The translations under genes were made by a program, and so were the position numbers. A stretch of DNA of 64,000 bases from Anaeromyxobacter sp. (GTDB taxonomy: Bacteria > Myxococcota > Myxococcia > Myxococcales > Anaeromyxobacteraceae), in the NCBI GenBank assembly GCA_049840735.1, contig JASGJN010000022.1, forward strand, positions 864,001 to 928,000, written 5' to 3'. This document shows, piece by piece, positions 8,632 through 20,028 of the stretch (positions are counted from its first letter, which is position 1; each line of letters begins with the position of its first letter). The notes below the pieces were generated by a model, which was not told where the DNA came from, ran no database searches, and worked only from the letters and a program-made list of their open reading frames with translations.

Positions 8632-10822
8632 TTACTTGACGTTGATGTTGGGTTTGGGCGGTGCGGCCATCCCGCTGCCAATGTGGAAGCTGGTGTGGGG
8701 CGCTTGGTTGTAGGAAGCATTCTGAGCCGATACGTTGGCGCGATATTGGGGATCGTGCATCAGGGTGTAGATGCGCCGTTTGGTCATTTGCGTCGTCGAA
8801 TAGATCCGAAGGCTGCTGCCGCAGAGGAACACGACCTCTTCGCGCCAGTCACCGAAGAGATCGGCACTCAGGTTCGGCACGGACTTGGTGCCGTTGATCG
8901 AGGTGCATCCTGTCGCAGTGAATCCCTGTCCTTCACCGTCGTATTCGGACACGGTATTGCCGTTGAGCAATTCGCGGCTCTCGTCACCGTCCCACCACAG
9001 AAGGAAGTTGCAGGTGCTTGGGTTCCTCCCGACGTTGGCTCCGGTGGTTGCGCTGAATAGGCCTGCACTGTTGACCCAAGCTTCTCCACCGGGGTTGGTC
9101 GGCGAAATGTCGTCCGCCACGCCTCGTCCGGGGCCCTCTTCGGTACTCGTCGGGCCCTTCCAGACGACGGCGCAGGTCTTTGCGTCGCGCATGATGTACG
9201 CAGGGACTCCCGTGGGTTCGGTGGGTTGGAATACTTCCAGACCCGGGCGCGAGGGAATGAAGTCGCCGATATGAAGTGCGTCACCATGGGCTCCGCCCGC
9301 GGTCGTGCAGATCCCCTTGCCGTCGGGGCTGATGGTGAACGAACCTGGGATGATCTCCTGACGGTCGTCGCCGTCCACGTCCGCGACCATCATGCTGTGG
9401 GTTCCCTTGCCGCCATAGGCACCATTACCCGAGGCGGCAGAGTCAAAGGACCAAACCAGGGAGAGCTTGCCGTCGCGGTAGTCGTATGCGCCCAAGGTCG
9501 TCCGCGCGTAATAGCCGCGTTGCATCACGACGCTCGGCTTGCCCGTCGTATCGAGGAAGGCGACGGAAGCGTTATAGCGATCGGAACGATTGCCGTTGGT
9601 ATCACCCCAATTGCCGCTGTTGATAGGCGCGTGATAGTTGATCGTCGCCAGTTCTGCGCCCGTCCGTCCGCTGAATACCGTCACGTACTCCGGACCTGAC
9701 AAGATCTTGCCTGCGCCGTTGCGGTAGTCCTTGGTGTCGTCGTCGGAGGCGGCGGGTCCCGTTTTCAGGAAGCTACCCGTGCCGTCCTTGGTTCCAGGCG
9801 CCGTCTTCACCACGAGTTCGGAGCTCCCATCGCCATCGAGATCGTAGACGACGAAAGGCGTCGTGTGTTCACTTTCTCGGATGTTGCGTCCCAAGTCGAC
9901 GCGCCACATGAACTTGCCATCGAGACGGTAGGCTGCGAACTTGGGTTGTCCCGTGACGCCGTCCTCGAGATGGATCCTTGGGGGATTGCTGCTCTTTCAC
10001 GACGAGTTCGTATTGGCCGTCACCATCGAGATCCCCGGGCGACGCGTCCCCGGCGTTGTAGCCCGAGGGGGTTTTTAGCGGGATAGTGAGGTAGTTTTGC
10101 GGCAGCACACTCGCCGCGGATGGCGTCGTTCGCGATGTCGAGGAGTCGCCATACTCTTTACCCCCGATCACTGCTCGGACCGTGTAGGTTGCCGTACTGG
10201 GCGCACCCTCGTCGACGAAGTTCGTGGAATCGGAGACGGGATTCGCGTTGACCTTGGTCCCGTTGCGATAGACGTTGAAGCCGGTGTCCGGTGCTTCGTA
10301 TCCCATGAGGCGCCAGCTCAGGAAATTGTTCGAGCCGGACCGAATCGCGACCAGGCCGCGGCAGAGGTTCTCCATTTGTACCTTGCCCTGAGCCAAGCTC
10401 TGCACCACGCCGCAAGCGGCTTCGCTGTTGCTGCTGCCGCCCACGCTCGCGCTGCCTCCGCGCCCGACGTCGCTGCCACCGGAGCCGACCGCGCCTCCAA
10501 ATCCCTGCGGCGTCGAGCCGCCGTTGCCTCCCAGGGACGCGGAGCCGCCCGCGCCTCCAAGGGTTCCTTCGGTGGTCATGCTCGAAACACCACCCGAACC
10601 TGGACTTCCCCCCTTTTGCGATTGGCCACCGGAAATACTCGTTCCACCGCGAGCAACGCTTCCGCCATTCGACGGTTTGCCGCCGTTTGCCGTTTCACTC
10701 GGGGTTCCTCCGCTGCCAGGCGAACCGGAATCCGTGCCACTACAGTTTGGTAGTACGGCTGCGACGAGCAAAAGAGACAGACTCGTTTTGGCCACGGCAG
10801 CCGTGGTTACATGCGTGTTCAT
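8632..10822 (-). CDS. rhamnogalacturonan lyase (PL11, YesW/YesX-like) lipoprotein; one frameshift ~9967
   Basis: Lipobox LPNC, Gly-rich linker, QMENLCRGLVA, GDLDGDGQYE, RGYYART, HGDALH, ADLFGDWREE, TLMHDPQYR, YNQAPH. Confidence 0.88.
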
Positions 10823-11208
10823 GGGGCTCCTTCGATGATCGTGATTGCGTGGAGGGGTGAGTCGAGCGTGTCGCGTCAGGCCAACGGTCGCCTGCGTGTT
10901 CCCGAGCGGAGTGACTCGAATTCGACCATCCGTGTGACGGATCTCTTCCCTTTGCACGTCGGCGACTTTGGTATCGTGCCAACTTGCTCGGGGGACACGT
11001 GGACGGCTTCGTTGCACCGCGTGCCTTGGACTTTCCCTGTCACTGTTGCGCGTCGCGACGCTCGCCAATCAAGAGATTCAGAGGAAGCGTCGTTCCTGTT
11101 CGAACGACCTCGGCCCGAGGCCGTCACGGATGCGGTGTCACGCGCCGCTCGCGGCCGTGCGTGGGTGAAGCGGCCCCATGCTGGAGAACGACCACCATTG
11201 GTGGGGCT

Positions 11209-11402
11209 CTTGCGAGCGTGAATCGACCGCGAGCGCGGCGAGCACGGACGTCCTTGCGAGCGTGAATCGACCGCGAGCGCGGCGAGCACGGACGTCCTTG
11301 CGAGCGTGAATCGACCGCGAGCGCGGCGAGCACGGACGTCCTTGCGAGCGTGAATCGACCGCGAGCGCGGCGAGCACGGACGTCCTTGCGAGCGTGAATC
11401 GA
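11209..11402. repeat. perfect 44-bp tandem repeat x4 plus partial copy
   Basis: Unit CTTGCGAGCGTGAATCGACCGCGAGCGCGGCGAGCACGGACGTC at 11209, 11253, 11297, 11341, partial at 11385; downstream of cheB. Confidence 0.95.
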
Positions 11403-11512
11403 AATGGGCTATTGCGACGCGCAAACGAAGCGCGCCGTCACTACGACGGTGAAACGACCCCGATCATCGACGCGTGGCGCCGAGACCGACCCGAATGACG
11501 AGTGATCGCAGG

Positions 11513-12553
11513 TCACACGCATGCATCGAGAATGCCTTGCGCGACACGTCCGAGGGAGAGGACTCGGTTGACGGCGCCGAGTTGAACTGCTTCCTTCGGC
11601 ATTCCGTAGACGACGCTCGAGTCCTCGTCTTGAGCGATCGTGAAGGCCGAGTTCTGATGCATCTTGAGCAGCCCTCGTGCGCCGTCGTTGCCCATGCCAG
11701 TGAGGATCACGCCAACCGCATTGCCGCCGGCGTGAGTGGCGAAGGATTCGAAGAGGATGTCGACGGAAGGACAGTGCCGATTGACGCGCTCGCCGGCGTA
11801 GACACGAACACCATAGGTAGCGCCGCTGCGCGTGAGCGCCATGTGGAAGTCACCCGGCGCGATGAGGACGTGTCCGGCCATGAGTCGATCGCCATCGACC
11901 GCCTCCTTCACGCGAACGGCACAAAGGGAGTCGAGCCTCGCCGCGAAGCTCTTCGTGAAACCGGGGGGCATGTGTTGAACGATCGCAACCGGTGGACTGT
12001 CAGGGGGCAGCTGCATGAGGACCTCTCGCAGCGCCTCGGTACCACCCGTGGATGCTCCGATCGCGACGACCTTGAGCGTCGTCTTCAACATCGCCCGAGG
12101 GGCTTTTCGCTCGACGGGATTGGCCGCGCTTCGTTGGCGCGATCGAATCACGCGAGCTCGGGAAACTGCCATGAGCTTCTGGAGGAATTCTTCGGAGCGT
12201 TCGAACATCTGTGTGCGAATGTCGACCTTCGGCTTGCTCACGAAGTCGATTGCTCCGAGTTCGAGCGCACGAAGGGTCGTTGCGCATCCCTCCTCCGTCA
12301 AAGACGAGACCATGAGGACAGGCATCGGATGTAGGTGCATGAGACGCTCGAGGAACGACAAACCATCCATACGTGGCATCTCGACGTCCAATGTCATCAC
12401 ATCGGGCGAGTACTCCTTCACCTTCTTCCATGCGTCGTAGGGGTCTTGCGCCGTGGCGACTACCTCGAAGTCTTCGTCGCCCGAAATGAGCTGTTTTAGG
12501 AGACCGCGCATGAGCGCGGAGTCATCGACGACGAGTACGCGAATTTTCGCCAT
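11513..12553 (-). CDS. cheB: chemotaxis response regulator protein-glutamate methylesterase
   Basis: REC domain plus GASTGG, VQHMP, PSVD, LTGMGNDG with intact Ser-His-Asp. Confidence 0.95.
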   Translation of the reverse strand: MAKIRVLVVDDSALMRGLLKQLISGDEDFEVVATAQDPYDAWKKVKEYSPDVMTLDVEMPRMDGLSFLERLMHLHPMPVLMVSSLTEEGCATTLRALELGAIDFVSKPKVDIRTQMFERSEEFLQKLMAVSRARVIRSRQRSAANPVERKAPRAMLKTTLKVVAIGASTGGTEALREVLMQLPPDSPPVAIVQHMPPGFTKSFAARLDSLCAVRVKEAVDGDRLMAGHVLIAPGDFHMALTRSGATYGVRVYAGERVNRHCPSVDILFESFATHAGGNAVGVILTGMGNDGARGLLKMHQNSAFTIAQDEDSSVVYGMPKEAVQLGAVNRVLSLGRVAQGILDACV

Positions 12554-12716
12554 GCGTATTCAAGAGGTAGGAGAGCGTCTTCGCTAGATGCCAGATCGTA
12601 CGGCGGCGCGACGATTGGACTTCACTCGAATACGTCTTGGACACCCGCAAATGTTTCAGGGTGCGTGGGCTCCACGTTAAGCATTTTCGCGATCTGTCGT
12701 ATCGGTCTAGAGAAAG

Positions 12717-13055
12717 ATGGCGAAGTCCAAGAAGAGAGCGGCTGAAAAACTCGAGTCCGAGAACTCGCTCGTGCTTTCTGGCGATGTAACCGTCTCGGTG
12801 CTCGGAGACCTGCAAAAACGTGCGCTTTTGGCGTTCGAAGCGGGTGGAGCGCTACACGTCGATTGCCGAACGCTCTCGTACTTGGATGCAGCTGGACATC
12901 AGTTCTTGTGTGCGCTCCGGAGGGAAGGTGCGGCCCGTGGCGCTGTGGTTCGCATTACGCCTCCCAACGACTTGGTTTTGGCTGATTCCGGTCGTCTCGG
13001 AATGGGTGGGGTCTTTCTCGAGGCCACCGCCAGGACGAATGGAGAATCCGTGTGA
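12717..13055 (+). CDS. STAS domain protein
   Basis: LVLSGDVTV...VDCRTLSYLDAAGHQFL; overlaps cheY start. Confidence 0.75.
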   Translation: MAKSKKRAAEKLESENSLVLSGDVTVSVLGDLQKRALLAFEAGGALHVDCRTLSYLDAAGHQFLCALRREGAARGAVVRITPPNDLVLADSGRLGMGGVFLEATARTNGESV

Positions 13056-13417
13056 ACAAGACAGCGCTCGTCGTCGATGACTCTGACGTGATGCGACAGG
13101 TGGTCGGATACACCCTCCGGGAGGCGGGATTCGAGGTCACCGAAGCTGCAAATGGAAAGCAGGCCGTCGGCTGTCTCGAGGGAACGGCGTTCAATCTGAT
13201 CGTCACCGACCTGAACATGCCAGAGATGGATGGCGTGACCTTCATTGCTCGCGCTCGAAAACACGCCGCTCATCGATTCGTCCCCATCCTGATGCTCACC
13301 ACCGAGAGCCAAGAATCCAAGCGGCAAGAGGGCAAGGCCGCTGGCGCGACGGCATGGCTCGTAAAGCCGTTCGATCCCGACAAGTTGCTTTCGGTCGTTT
13401 CCAAGGTGGTAAGATGA
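13052..13417 (+). CDS. cheY: single-domain response regulator CheY
   Basis: VVDDS, TDLNMPEMDG, LTTES, WLVKPF. Confidence 0.93.
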   Translation: MNKTALVVDDSDVMRQVVGYTLREAGFEVTEAANGKQAVGCLEGTAFNLIVTDLNMPEMDGVTFIARARKHAAHRFVPILMLTTESQESKRQEGKAAGATAWLVKPFDPDKLLSVVSKVVR

Positions 13418-15390
13418 CCATCGATTCTGCGAGCTTTCGCCTCGCCTTCCTGGAAGAGGCACGCGAGCACGTTGCTACGCTCGAACGGGGGGTGCTCACT
13501 CTCGAGTCCAATCCGACCGACATCGAGACCCTTCGCGAGATTTTCCGTGCGGCCCATTCGATCAAGGGGGCTGCAGGCACACTTGGGTTCGCCCATATTG
13601 CCGAGTTCACCCATCACCTCGAAACGGTGCTCGACGCGATGCGCAATGGTCAACTGACCGTCGACCGGAGTGCCGTGACCGTCCTTCTCAAGGCTGGAGA
13701 CGAGCTGCAGCACCTGCTCGATGGTCTCTCGAGCGGTGAAACGAGGACGGCCGATGCCGTGGCACTCCGTGAACTGGCGTCGAGGGTCGGGCGCAGTGCG
13801 GACTCGGGGGCCCATGCGGTCGTCGCTCCTAGGCCTGTGGAAGAGGTTCGCAAACGAAGACTACGGATTGCCGTCGTACCCACGCAAAAATTCTTCGCTT
13901 GCGGTCTCGATCCGATCTTGCTGTTTCGTGATTTGGAGGGCCTCGGAGAGCTCGAGACGGTCGAGTGCGACTGTTCGAAGGTGCCGCGACTGAGCGAGCT
14001 CGATCCAGTCGAGTGCCATGTCCGCTGGACGGTCGTACTCTCGACGGACGCGAGACGCGCAGACATCGAGGAAGTGTTCGTCTTCGTCGCGGATGACGTG
14101 CAGGTGAGCATCGAAGACGCTCCGTCGGGCACCACCGAACCCGCTGTCGTCGGTAAGGCCGAACCCGCGTCGCACCATCTCCCGACGCACGAATCGTCGA
14201 CGCTCCGTGTCAGTTCGGAGAAGGTGGATTCCATCATCGATCTGGTGGGTGAATTGGTCATCGCGCAATCGATGGTCATGCAGCTGCTTGGACAGAGTGC
14301 CGTTGGACGTTCTCCGCTTTTGCGTGATGCGTTCGACAGCATGGCAAGAAACATGCAGGAGCTGCAGGAGCGGGTGATGGGGATCCGGATGGTTCCGATT
14401 GCCACGTTGTTCGGTCGCTTCTCGCGCATCGTTCGCGACACGGCTGCGTCGCTCGGCAAGACCGTAAATCTCGAGTTGAGCGGCCAGGATACGGAAGTGG
14501 ACAAGGCAGTGGTGGAGCGGCTCGCCGATCCAATCACTCATTTGGTGCGTAACGCATTGGACCACGGGATCGAGACCGACGAGCAGCGTAAGGCTGCCGG
14601 AAAGATTGGTCCAGGCATCATTCGCCTCAGCGGCCAGCACGTCGCAGGTGGCGTCGTCGTCGAGGTTTCCGACAATGGGCGCGGGCTCGACGTCGCGAAA
14701 ATCCGAGAACATGCCGAACGTCGGGGACTCTTGAGCCCGAGCGATCAATTGACGGAGGAGCAGGTTCACGCACTCATCTTCGAACCGGGATTCTCGACTG
14801 CTTCAGAGGTTTCGGATCTCTCGGGTCGCGGAGTGGGCATGGACGTCGTTCGTCGTGACGTCGACGCCCTCAACGGCACCGTGACGGTCTTGACCTCACC
14901 CGGTGTGGGCACCACCGTTCGGATTCGGCTCCCGCTCACCCTCGCGATCCTCGATGGTTTGCTGCTCCGCGTGGGAAGCCAAACCTACGTCGTCCCACTC
15001 CTTGCAGTAACGGAGTCATTTCGGCCATCGCCACAGGCGGTCAAGCGCCTCACCGGGGATGCCTCCGTTGCCATCGTTCGCGAGACGGCCCTGCCGTTGG
15101 TGGACTTGGGCGTCGAGTTAGGGCTCACTCGAGAGCAACGCCGCCCCGAAGACGCGCTCGTCGTCGTCGTGGAAGCGGATGGTCGTCAGGTGGGCTTGGT
15201 CGTCGATGCCCTCGTGGGTCAGTCACAAGTAGTCGTGAAGAGCATCGAGACGCACTTCCGTCGCGTGGATGGGGTGCTTGGGGCCACCATCCTCGGTGAT
15301 GGGAAGGTGGCATTCATCGTTGACGTTTCTGGGCTTGCGAGATTGACGTGGGCCAAACGCTCGCTTTCCGGTTCACCCCGCGCTGCGTGA
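13414..15390 (+). CDS. cheA: chemotaxis histidine kinase CheA
   Basis: FRAAHSIKG (Hpt), LVRNALDHGIE, GFSTA...SGRGVGMDVV, LPLTLAI, C-terminal CheW domain. Confidence 0.95.
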   Translation: MTIDSASFRLAFLEEAREHVATLERGVLTLESNPTDIETLREIFRAAHSIKGAAGTLGFAHIAEFTHHLETVLDAMRNGQLTVDRSAVTVLLKAGDELQHLLDGLSSGETRTADAVALRELASRVGRSADSGAHAVVAPRPVEEVRKRRLRIAVVPTQKFFACGLDPILLFRDLEGLGELETVECDCSKVPRLSELDPVECHVRWTVVLSTDARRADIEEVFVFVADDVQVSIEDAPSGTTEPAVVGKAEPASHHLPTHESSTLRVSSEKVDSIIDLVGELVIAQSMVMQLLGQSAVGRSPLLRDAFDSMARNMQELQERVMGIRMVPIATLFGRFSRIVRDTAASLGKTVNLELSGQDTEVDKAVVERLADPITHLVRNALDHGIETDEQRKAAGKIGPGIIRLSGQHVAGGVVVEVSDNGRGLDVAKIREHAERRGLLSPSDQLTEEQVHALIFEPGFSTASEVSDLSGRGVGMDVVRRDVDALNGTVTVLTSPGVGTTVRIRLPLTLAILDGLLLRVGSQTYVVPLLAVTESFRPSPQAVKRLTGDASVAIVRETALPLVDLGVELGLTREQRRPEDALVVVVEADGRQVGLVVDALVGQSQVVVKSIETHFRRVDGVLGATILGDGKVAFIVDVSGLARLTWAKRSLSGSPRAA

Positions 15391-15404
15391 GGAGAAGGAC
15401 GAAC

Positions 15405-15926
15405 ATGCTTTCAGTTGAAGGTCACGGTACCGTCAGCCGACAGGATCCGTCGAGTGAACATTGCGAAACGCAGTACCTGAGTTTTCCTCTCGGAGACGAA
15501 CGTTTCGCTGTCGAAATCCTGAAGGTTCAGGAGATTCGACCTCTCACAGCGATTACCCCGATCCCGAACACACCCGCTCACATCCGAGGGGTCATCAATC
15601 TGCGGGGGATCATCGTTCCCGTGTTCGATCTCAGGTTGAGGTTCAACCTCGGACGGAGCAGCGACTCACGGTTCGCAATCATCCTGGTGGTAACGATCCG
15701 CGAGCGCATCGTGGGGCTCATCGCCGACGCTGTCCCGAAGGTGCTGACGGTGCGCACGGAGGAAATCGCTCCGGTGCCCGAGTTCGGGCAGCGAGTCGAT
15801 CTGTCCTTCGTGTCGGGTGTTCTCCATCGCAGTCAGGAGCTCGTGCTGCTCCTGGATCTCGAGCACTTGCTCGCCGTCGAGCTCGGTGAGCTCGAGTCTT
15901 CGGACGTGCCCGTGTCTGCCGCGTGA
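15405..15926 (+). CDS. cheW: chemotaxis coupling protein CheW
   Basis: YLSFPLGDERFAV, VQEI, GVINLRGIIVPV. Confidence 0.93.
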   Translation: MLSVEGHGTVSRQDPSSEHCETQYLSFPLGDERFAVEILKVQEIRPLTAITPIPNTPAHIRGVINLRGIIVPVFDLRLRFNLGRSSDSRFAIILVVTIRERIVGLIADAVPKVLTVRTEEIAPVPEFGQRVDLSFVSGVLHRSQELVLLLDLEHLLAVELGELESSDVPVSAA

Positions 15927-15939
15927 GGAAAGGTAGAAT

Positions 15940-17580
15940 ATGCAGTTTTTCGAACGACTCAGCGCAAAGACGAAGGTTCTCTTGGGGTTCGCTCTGATGA
16001 CCCTATTTACCGTCGTGGTCGGCTACGTCGGACTATCGAATGCGAGCCGACTGAATGACAACCTCGACGTGTTGTTCGAACGTGACTTCCGCGGTCTAGC
16101 CGAAATTCGTGAAGCCAACGTTCACATGTTCATCATTGCTAGATCGGTCCGGCAGGCAATCCTAGACAAAGATCCGGAAGCCGTGCGCGCTACCCAGCGC
16201 AAGATCGAGAGCAGCTATCAGATCATGCGAGACGACATCGACCGTGCCATCAAGAACATGATCACGGACGAGGGGCGTCACAATACGGAGCAAGCTCGCA
16301 ATGAGGTCGAAAAATACATGATCGGTGTCCGTGCGAGCACCGAACTCAGCTTGCAAGGCAAGAAAGAGGAAGCCCTTGCCATGCTGAACAAGTACCAAGA
16401 GCATGGCTGGCGTGCCGACGAGCTATTTACCGACGTCTGCAAACGCAAAGAGGTCGTCGGGTCGCAAACCCGTGATGCGGCCGCCGTTCTCTATAAGACT
16501 TCGCGCAACATCGCGCTCACCGTGATCTCGATTGCCGCGGTCCTCGGCGTCATCATCGGACTCTATTTCGCGGGCTGGTTCGGGCGGGCGCTCACCGAAA
16601 CGGCGCAAATCGCGGATTCCGTATCACGGTCTGCCCGCGAACTCGCTGCTGCCACCGAGGAAATTGCGGCAGGTGCTCAGGAGCAGGCGGCCAGTATCGA
16701 AGAAACGGCGTCGACGCTGGAGGAACTGACGTCGACGGTCAAGCAGAACGCCGACAGCGCTCAACAGGCCGCGCAACTTGCCACGGCGAGTCGCGAGACT
16801 GCGGAAAAGGGTGGGAGGATCGTGAGCGAAGCGGTCACTGCGATGAAAGAAGTCAATCATTCGTCCCGCAAGATCGCCGACATCACGACAACGATCGACG
16901 AGATCGCGTTCCAGACGAATATTCTGGCAATCAACGCAGCTGTCGAGGCTGCTCGCGCTGGGGAACAGGGCCGTGGGTTTGCCGTGGTCGCGTCGGAGGT
17001 GCGGAGCCTCGCTGAGCGCTCCGCGTCGGCCGCCAAGGAGATCAAGAGTCTCATCGAAGATTCCGCCTCGAAGATCGAGTCGGGGTATCGTCTCGTCGAG
17101 ACATCCGGATCCGCTTTGGGCGATATCCTGAGCTCGGTCAAACGAGTCACGGACTTCGTTGGCGAAATCGCAGCAGCGTCGCGAGAGCAATCTTCCGGGA
17201 TCGATCAGGTGAACAAGGCCGTGACGCAAATGGATCAAGTGACTCAAGCCAACGCGTCCCAGACCGAAGAGCTGTCGGGGACGACCGAGAGCCTCGCTGC
17301 CCAGGCGGACCGGTTACGCGTCGTTGTCGAGCAGTTCCACCTCACCGCGGAGACCATACGCTCGGAGGTCTACGCTGCACCGGAACGTCGGGCCAGAACG
17401 TCATTCGGCGGCGCCGCAAACCGTGCCGCGACTCGCGTCCGCAGAGGTCCGCCGCCACTGCGTCGGGACGTGGCGAATTCGTCGACGTTTGCGAAGTCCG
17501 ACGCCCCACATGCTGGACGCATGGCAGCAACGGGTACCGATAGTGACGCGGAGTTGGATCGCGCGTTCGAAGAAATCTAG
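15940..17580 (+). CDS. methyl-accepting chemotaxis protein with four-helix-bundle sensor
   Basis: Two TM segments, [31 protein letters not shown]-terminal AFEEI pentapeptide-like end. Confidence 0.93.
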   Translation: MQFFERLSAKTKVLLGFALMTLFTVVVGYVGLSNASRLNDNLDVLFERDFRGLAEIREANVHMFIIARSVRQAILDKDPEAVRATQRKIESSYQIMRDDIDRAIKNMITDEGRHNTEQARNEVEKYMIGVRASTELSLQGKKEEALAMLNKYQEHGWRADELFTDVCKRKEVVGSQTRDAAAVLYKTSRNIALTVISIAAVLGVIIGLYFAGWFGRALTETAQIADSVSRSARELAAATEEIAAGAQEQAASIEETASTLEELTSTVKQNADSAQQAAQLATASRETAEKGGRIVSEAVTAMKEVNHSSRKIADITTTIDEIAFQTNILAINAAVEAARAGEQGRGFAVVASEVRSLAERSASAAKEIKSLIEDSASKIESGYRLVETSGSALGDILSSVKRVTDFVGEIAAASREQSSGIDQVNKAVTQMDQVTQANASQTEELSGTTESLAAQADRLRVVVEQFHLTAETIRSEVYAAPERRARTSFGGAANRAATRVRRGPPPLRRDVANSSTFAKSDAPHAGRMAATGTDSDAELDRAFEEI

Positions 17581-17588
17581 GTCGAACG

Positions 17589-19001
17589 ATGAGCGAGCGC
17601 AATCGATCCAGCGTCAATCCGAACGTACGCCTGAGCGAATCCGAGTGGAGGGATCTCAGTCGTATGGTTCAGGATTCGGCTGGGATCAAGCTTTCCGAGG
17701 CGAAGCGGGTCTTCCTCGTCTCGAGGCTACTTAGGCGCTTGCGGGCGACAGGTGTACGCACCTTTCGCGAATACTTCACTCTGGTGCGCCGTTCGCAGGC
17801 ATACACGGGTGAACACCAGCAACTGGTCAATGCCGTCACCACGAACAAGACCGACTTTTTTCGTGAGCAGGAACACTTTCACGTGCTTGCTCGGTGGCTC
17901 GAGGATCCGAGCCCCGAAGTGCACCAGGCGCGAATGAGTGGAATACGCGTCTGGTGCGCCGCTGCATCGACGGGTGAGGAACCCTACACGATTGCTGCCG
18001 TTCTGAGGGAGCGCCTCAGCGACTCCGAGTACGAGCGCGCTAGCATCGTTGCGAGTGATATCGATACTCAAGTTCTCGAGACCGCTCGCCGGGGCGTGTA
18101 CGATCAATCAGCGCTCGAAACGCTCGATGCGGCGGTGCGAATGAAGATGTTCGTTCACGGCAGTCTCGAGTACCAAGGGAAGTTCCGTGTTCGTCGGGAA
18201 CTGCGTGACAAGGTTCGTTTCGTTCAGCAAAACCTAGTTGGGGCAGATTGGCGAGTCGGCAGTGCCTTCGATATCGTGTTTTGTCGAAATGTGCTCATTT
18301 ATTTCGATAGAGGAACGCAGCAGCATGTCGTCGAGCGTCTGCTCGAACGCACGGAACCCCACGGGTTGCTCTTCCTCGGACACGCGGAGAGTCTCAACGC
18401 CCTGTCGATCTCGGCCAAGCCCGTTGCCCACTCGGTGTATGCGCGAGTCGACAGGCCGAGTCTGCGACTTCGAGCGTCGCGAAAGCGACCTGCGGGCACC
18501 TCGGAGCTGCTCTCCGTCCACATGCCGTGCGTGATGACGACGGAAAAGACCCTATCGTTGAAAAAGGGGGAGGCGCGTCGAGATTCACATCTGTGGTCCT
18601 CCGTGTCATTTAGCACCTCCTTGCTTCTCGTCCTCAGTTGGGAAGGCGACGAGCAAGGGATGGTGTTTCATCTCGACGCACGAGTATCGGAGCGTGTCTC
18701 GGCCGATGTGCGCGCGGCCATTGGCGAGTTTCATCGGGCGACCACGGCGCCAAACGAGACGGCCGTGGTGCGGGTCAAGGCCTTGACCGACCGAGGTGGA
18801 TTGGAAGCGCTGGTTGCCGAGGCCCTAGAGGAGTGCGGCGCCAATGTAGTTGCGCTGCGAACGGTGGGTGCGCAATCCCAGGCCTGGGTGCCGCCGGGAT
18901 CGAACAAGGTGTTGCTTGCCAGGGCGGGCGGCGATTGTCGCACCGAGTCCAAGCTCAAGGTAGGGGTGCCAGCACGTGAGATGGAAGGGAGTTCTCGATG
19001 A
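17589..19001 (+). CDS. cheR: CheR methyltransferase with C-terminal degenerate CheD-like extension
   Basis: TTNKTDFFRE, WCAAASTGEEPY, ASDID, FCRNVLIYF, LFLGHAESL, then ~170 extra residues. Confidence 0.9.
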   Translation: MSERNRSSVNPNVRLSESEWRDLSRMVQDSAGIKLSEAKRVFLVSRLLRRLRATGVRTFREYFTLVRRSQAYTGEHQQLVNAVTTNKTDFFREQEHFHVLARWLEDPSPEVHQARMSGIRVWCAAASTGEEPYTIAAVLRERLSDSEYERASIVASDIDTQVLETARRGVYDQSALETLDAAVRMKMFVHGSLEYQGKFRVRRELRDKVRFVQQNLVGADWRVGSAFDIVFCRNVLIYFDRGTQQHVVERLLERTEPHGLLFLGHAESLNALSISAKPVAHSVYARVDRPSLRLRASRKRPAGTSELLSVHMPCVMTTEKTLSLKKGEARRDSHLWSSVSFSTSLLLVLSWEGDEQGMVFHLDARVSERVSADVRAAIGEFHRATTAPNETAVVRVKALTDRGGLEALVAEALEECGANVVALRTVGAQSQAWVPPGSNKVLLARAGGDCRTESKLKVGVPAREMEGSSR

Positions 19002-19951
19002 GCACGAGTTCCGACGAGCCCACGTCGATTGCGGAGATCACATGGCATGAACTCGAGCAAGCCAACCGCGATCTCGCCCAGGTGCGCTCCATCGTGGCGG
19101 ACGCCGTAAAGCAACTCGGTTCCGGATTCAGTTCCGTCGCGCGTGAGAGCAAGCTGCAGCAGGAACTTTTGATTGGCCTTCTCTCGCAAGTCGAAGGTAG
19201 CGGGCGTTCACGCGTCAACGTCGTCAACTTCGTCTCGAACAGCGAAGAGTTGGTCGGTCGCGTCGCGTCGGGTCTCGACGGGGCAAGCCAACGCACGATC
19301 GAACTCGTTCATCAACTCTCGACCATCGACACGGCTTTTAAGAAACTCAACACATTGTCCGGATCGGTGTTGGACGTTTCGGAGCACATCCGCGTCTTGG
19401 CGCTCAATGCGAACTTGGAGGCGACACGCGCGGGCTACGCTGGGCGTGGGTTTGCGGTGGTCGCCAGCGCAGTCCGGGAACTCTCGACGAACTTTCGCTC
19501 CTTGACCGAACAGATCCGTGCGACCGTCGAAGAGGCGAGGCGATCCCTGTCGGAGACCATTATGTCGGCTCGAACTGCGGTCGAGACTGACCGGACCACC
19601 GTCGTGCAAACTCGAGAGGAGATGCGTCGGCTCCAGGAGGAGACGTCGCGGCTTCGTGAAGAAATGGGAGAGTCGTTGAGAGCGGCACAGCAGATGGGCG
19701 AAGCGGTCCATCAAGGTGTCAATCGATGCCTTCGCGGCCTTCAGTTCGACGACCTCGTAGGTCAGGTCGCAGAGGCTGCGGGCAAGCGGATGCGGGCCTG
19801 TTCGCGATTGTTCGAGGGATCGGAGCTGTGCAGCGGCGGATCGCTCGAAGCTGGTGCAGTGGGTGTAGGGGTTGTCGCCGAACTCGATACGTTGCGGCAT
19901 CGGTCCGTACAACAGACCACGCTCGACGCAGGTGAAGTGGAGTTCTTCTGA
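18998..19951 (+). CDS. soluble MCP-like signalling protein
   Basis: [24 protein letters not shown] hairpin tip, LQFDD motif, no TM segment, ends VEFF. Confidence 0.8.
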   Translation: MSTSSDEPTSIAEITWHELEQANRDLAQVRSIVADAVKQLGSGFSSVARESKLQQELLIGLLSQVEGSGRSRVNVVNFVSNSEELVGRVASGLDGASQRTIELVHQLSTIDTAFKKLNTLSGSVLDVSEHIRVLALNANLEATRAGYAGRGFAVVASAVRELSTNFRSLTEQIRATVEEARRSLSETIMSARTAVETDRTTVVQTREEMRRLQEETSRLREEMGESLRAAQQMGEAVHQGVNRCLRGLQFDDLVGQVAEAAGKRMRACSRLFEGSELCSGGSLEAGAVGVGVVAELDTLRHRSVQQTTLDAGEVEFF

Positions 19952-20028
19952 ATCCAGAACGGTGCCGTAGTGAACGCGGTTCTGGATCGTGGTCGGTCTT
20001 AGAAGTAACGTTCGGTGAGGTGTCCAAG

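Noticed and set aside
11209..11402. CRISPR array (also considered for 29887-30004 and 51359-51692)
   Set aside because: Units are head-to-tail with no unique spacers, and no cas genes are in the window
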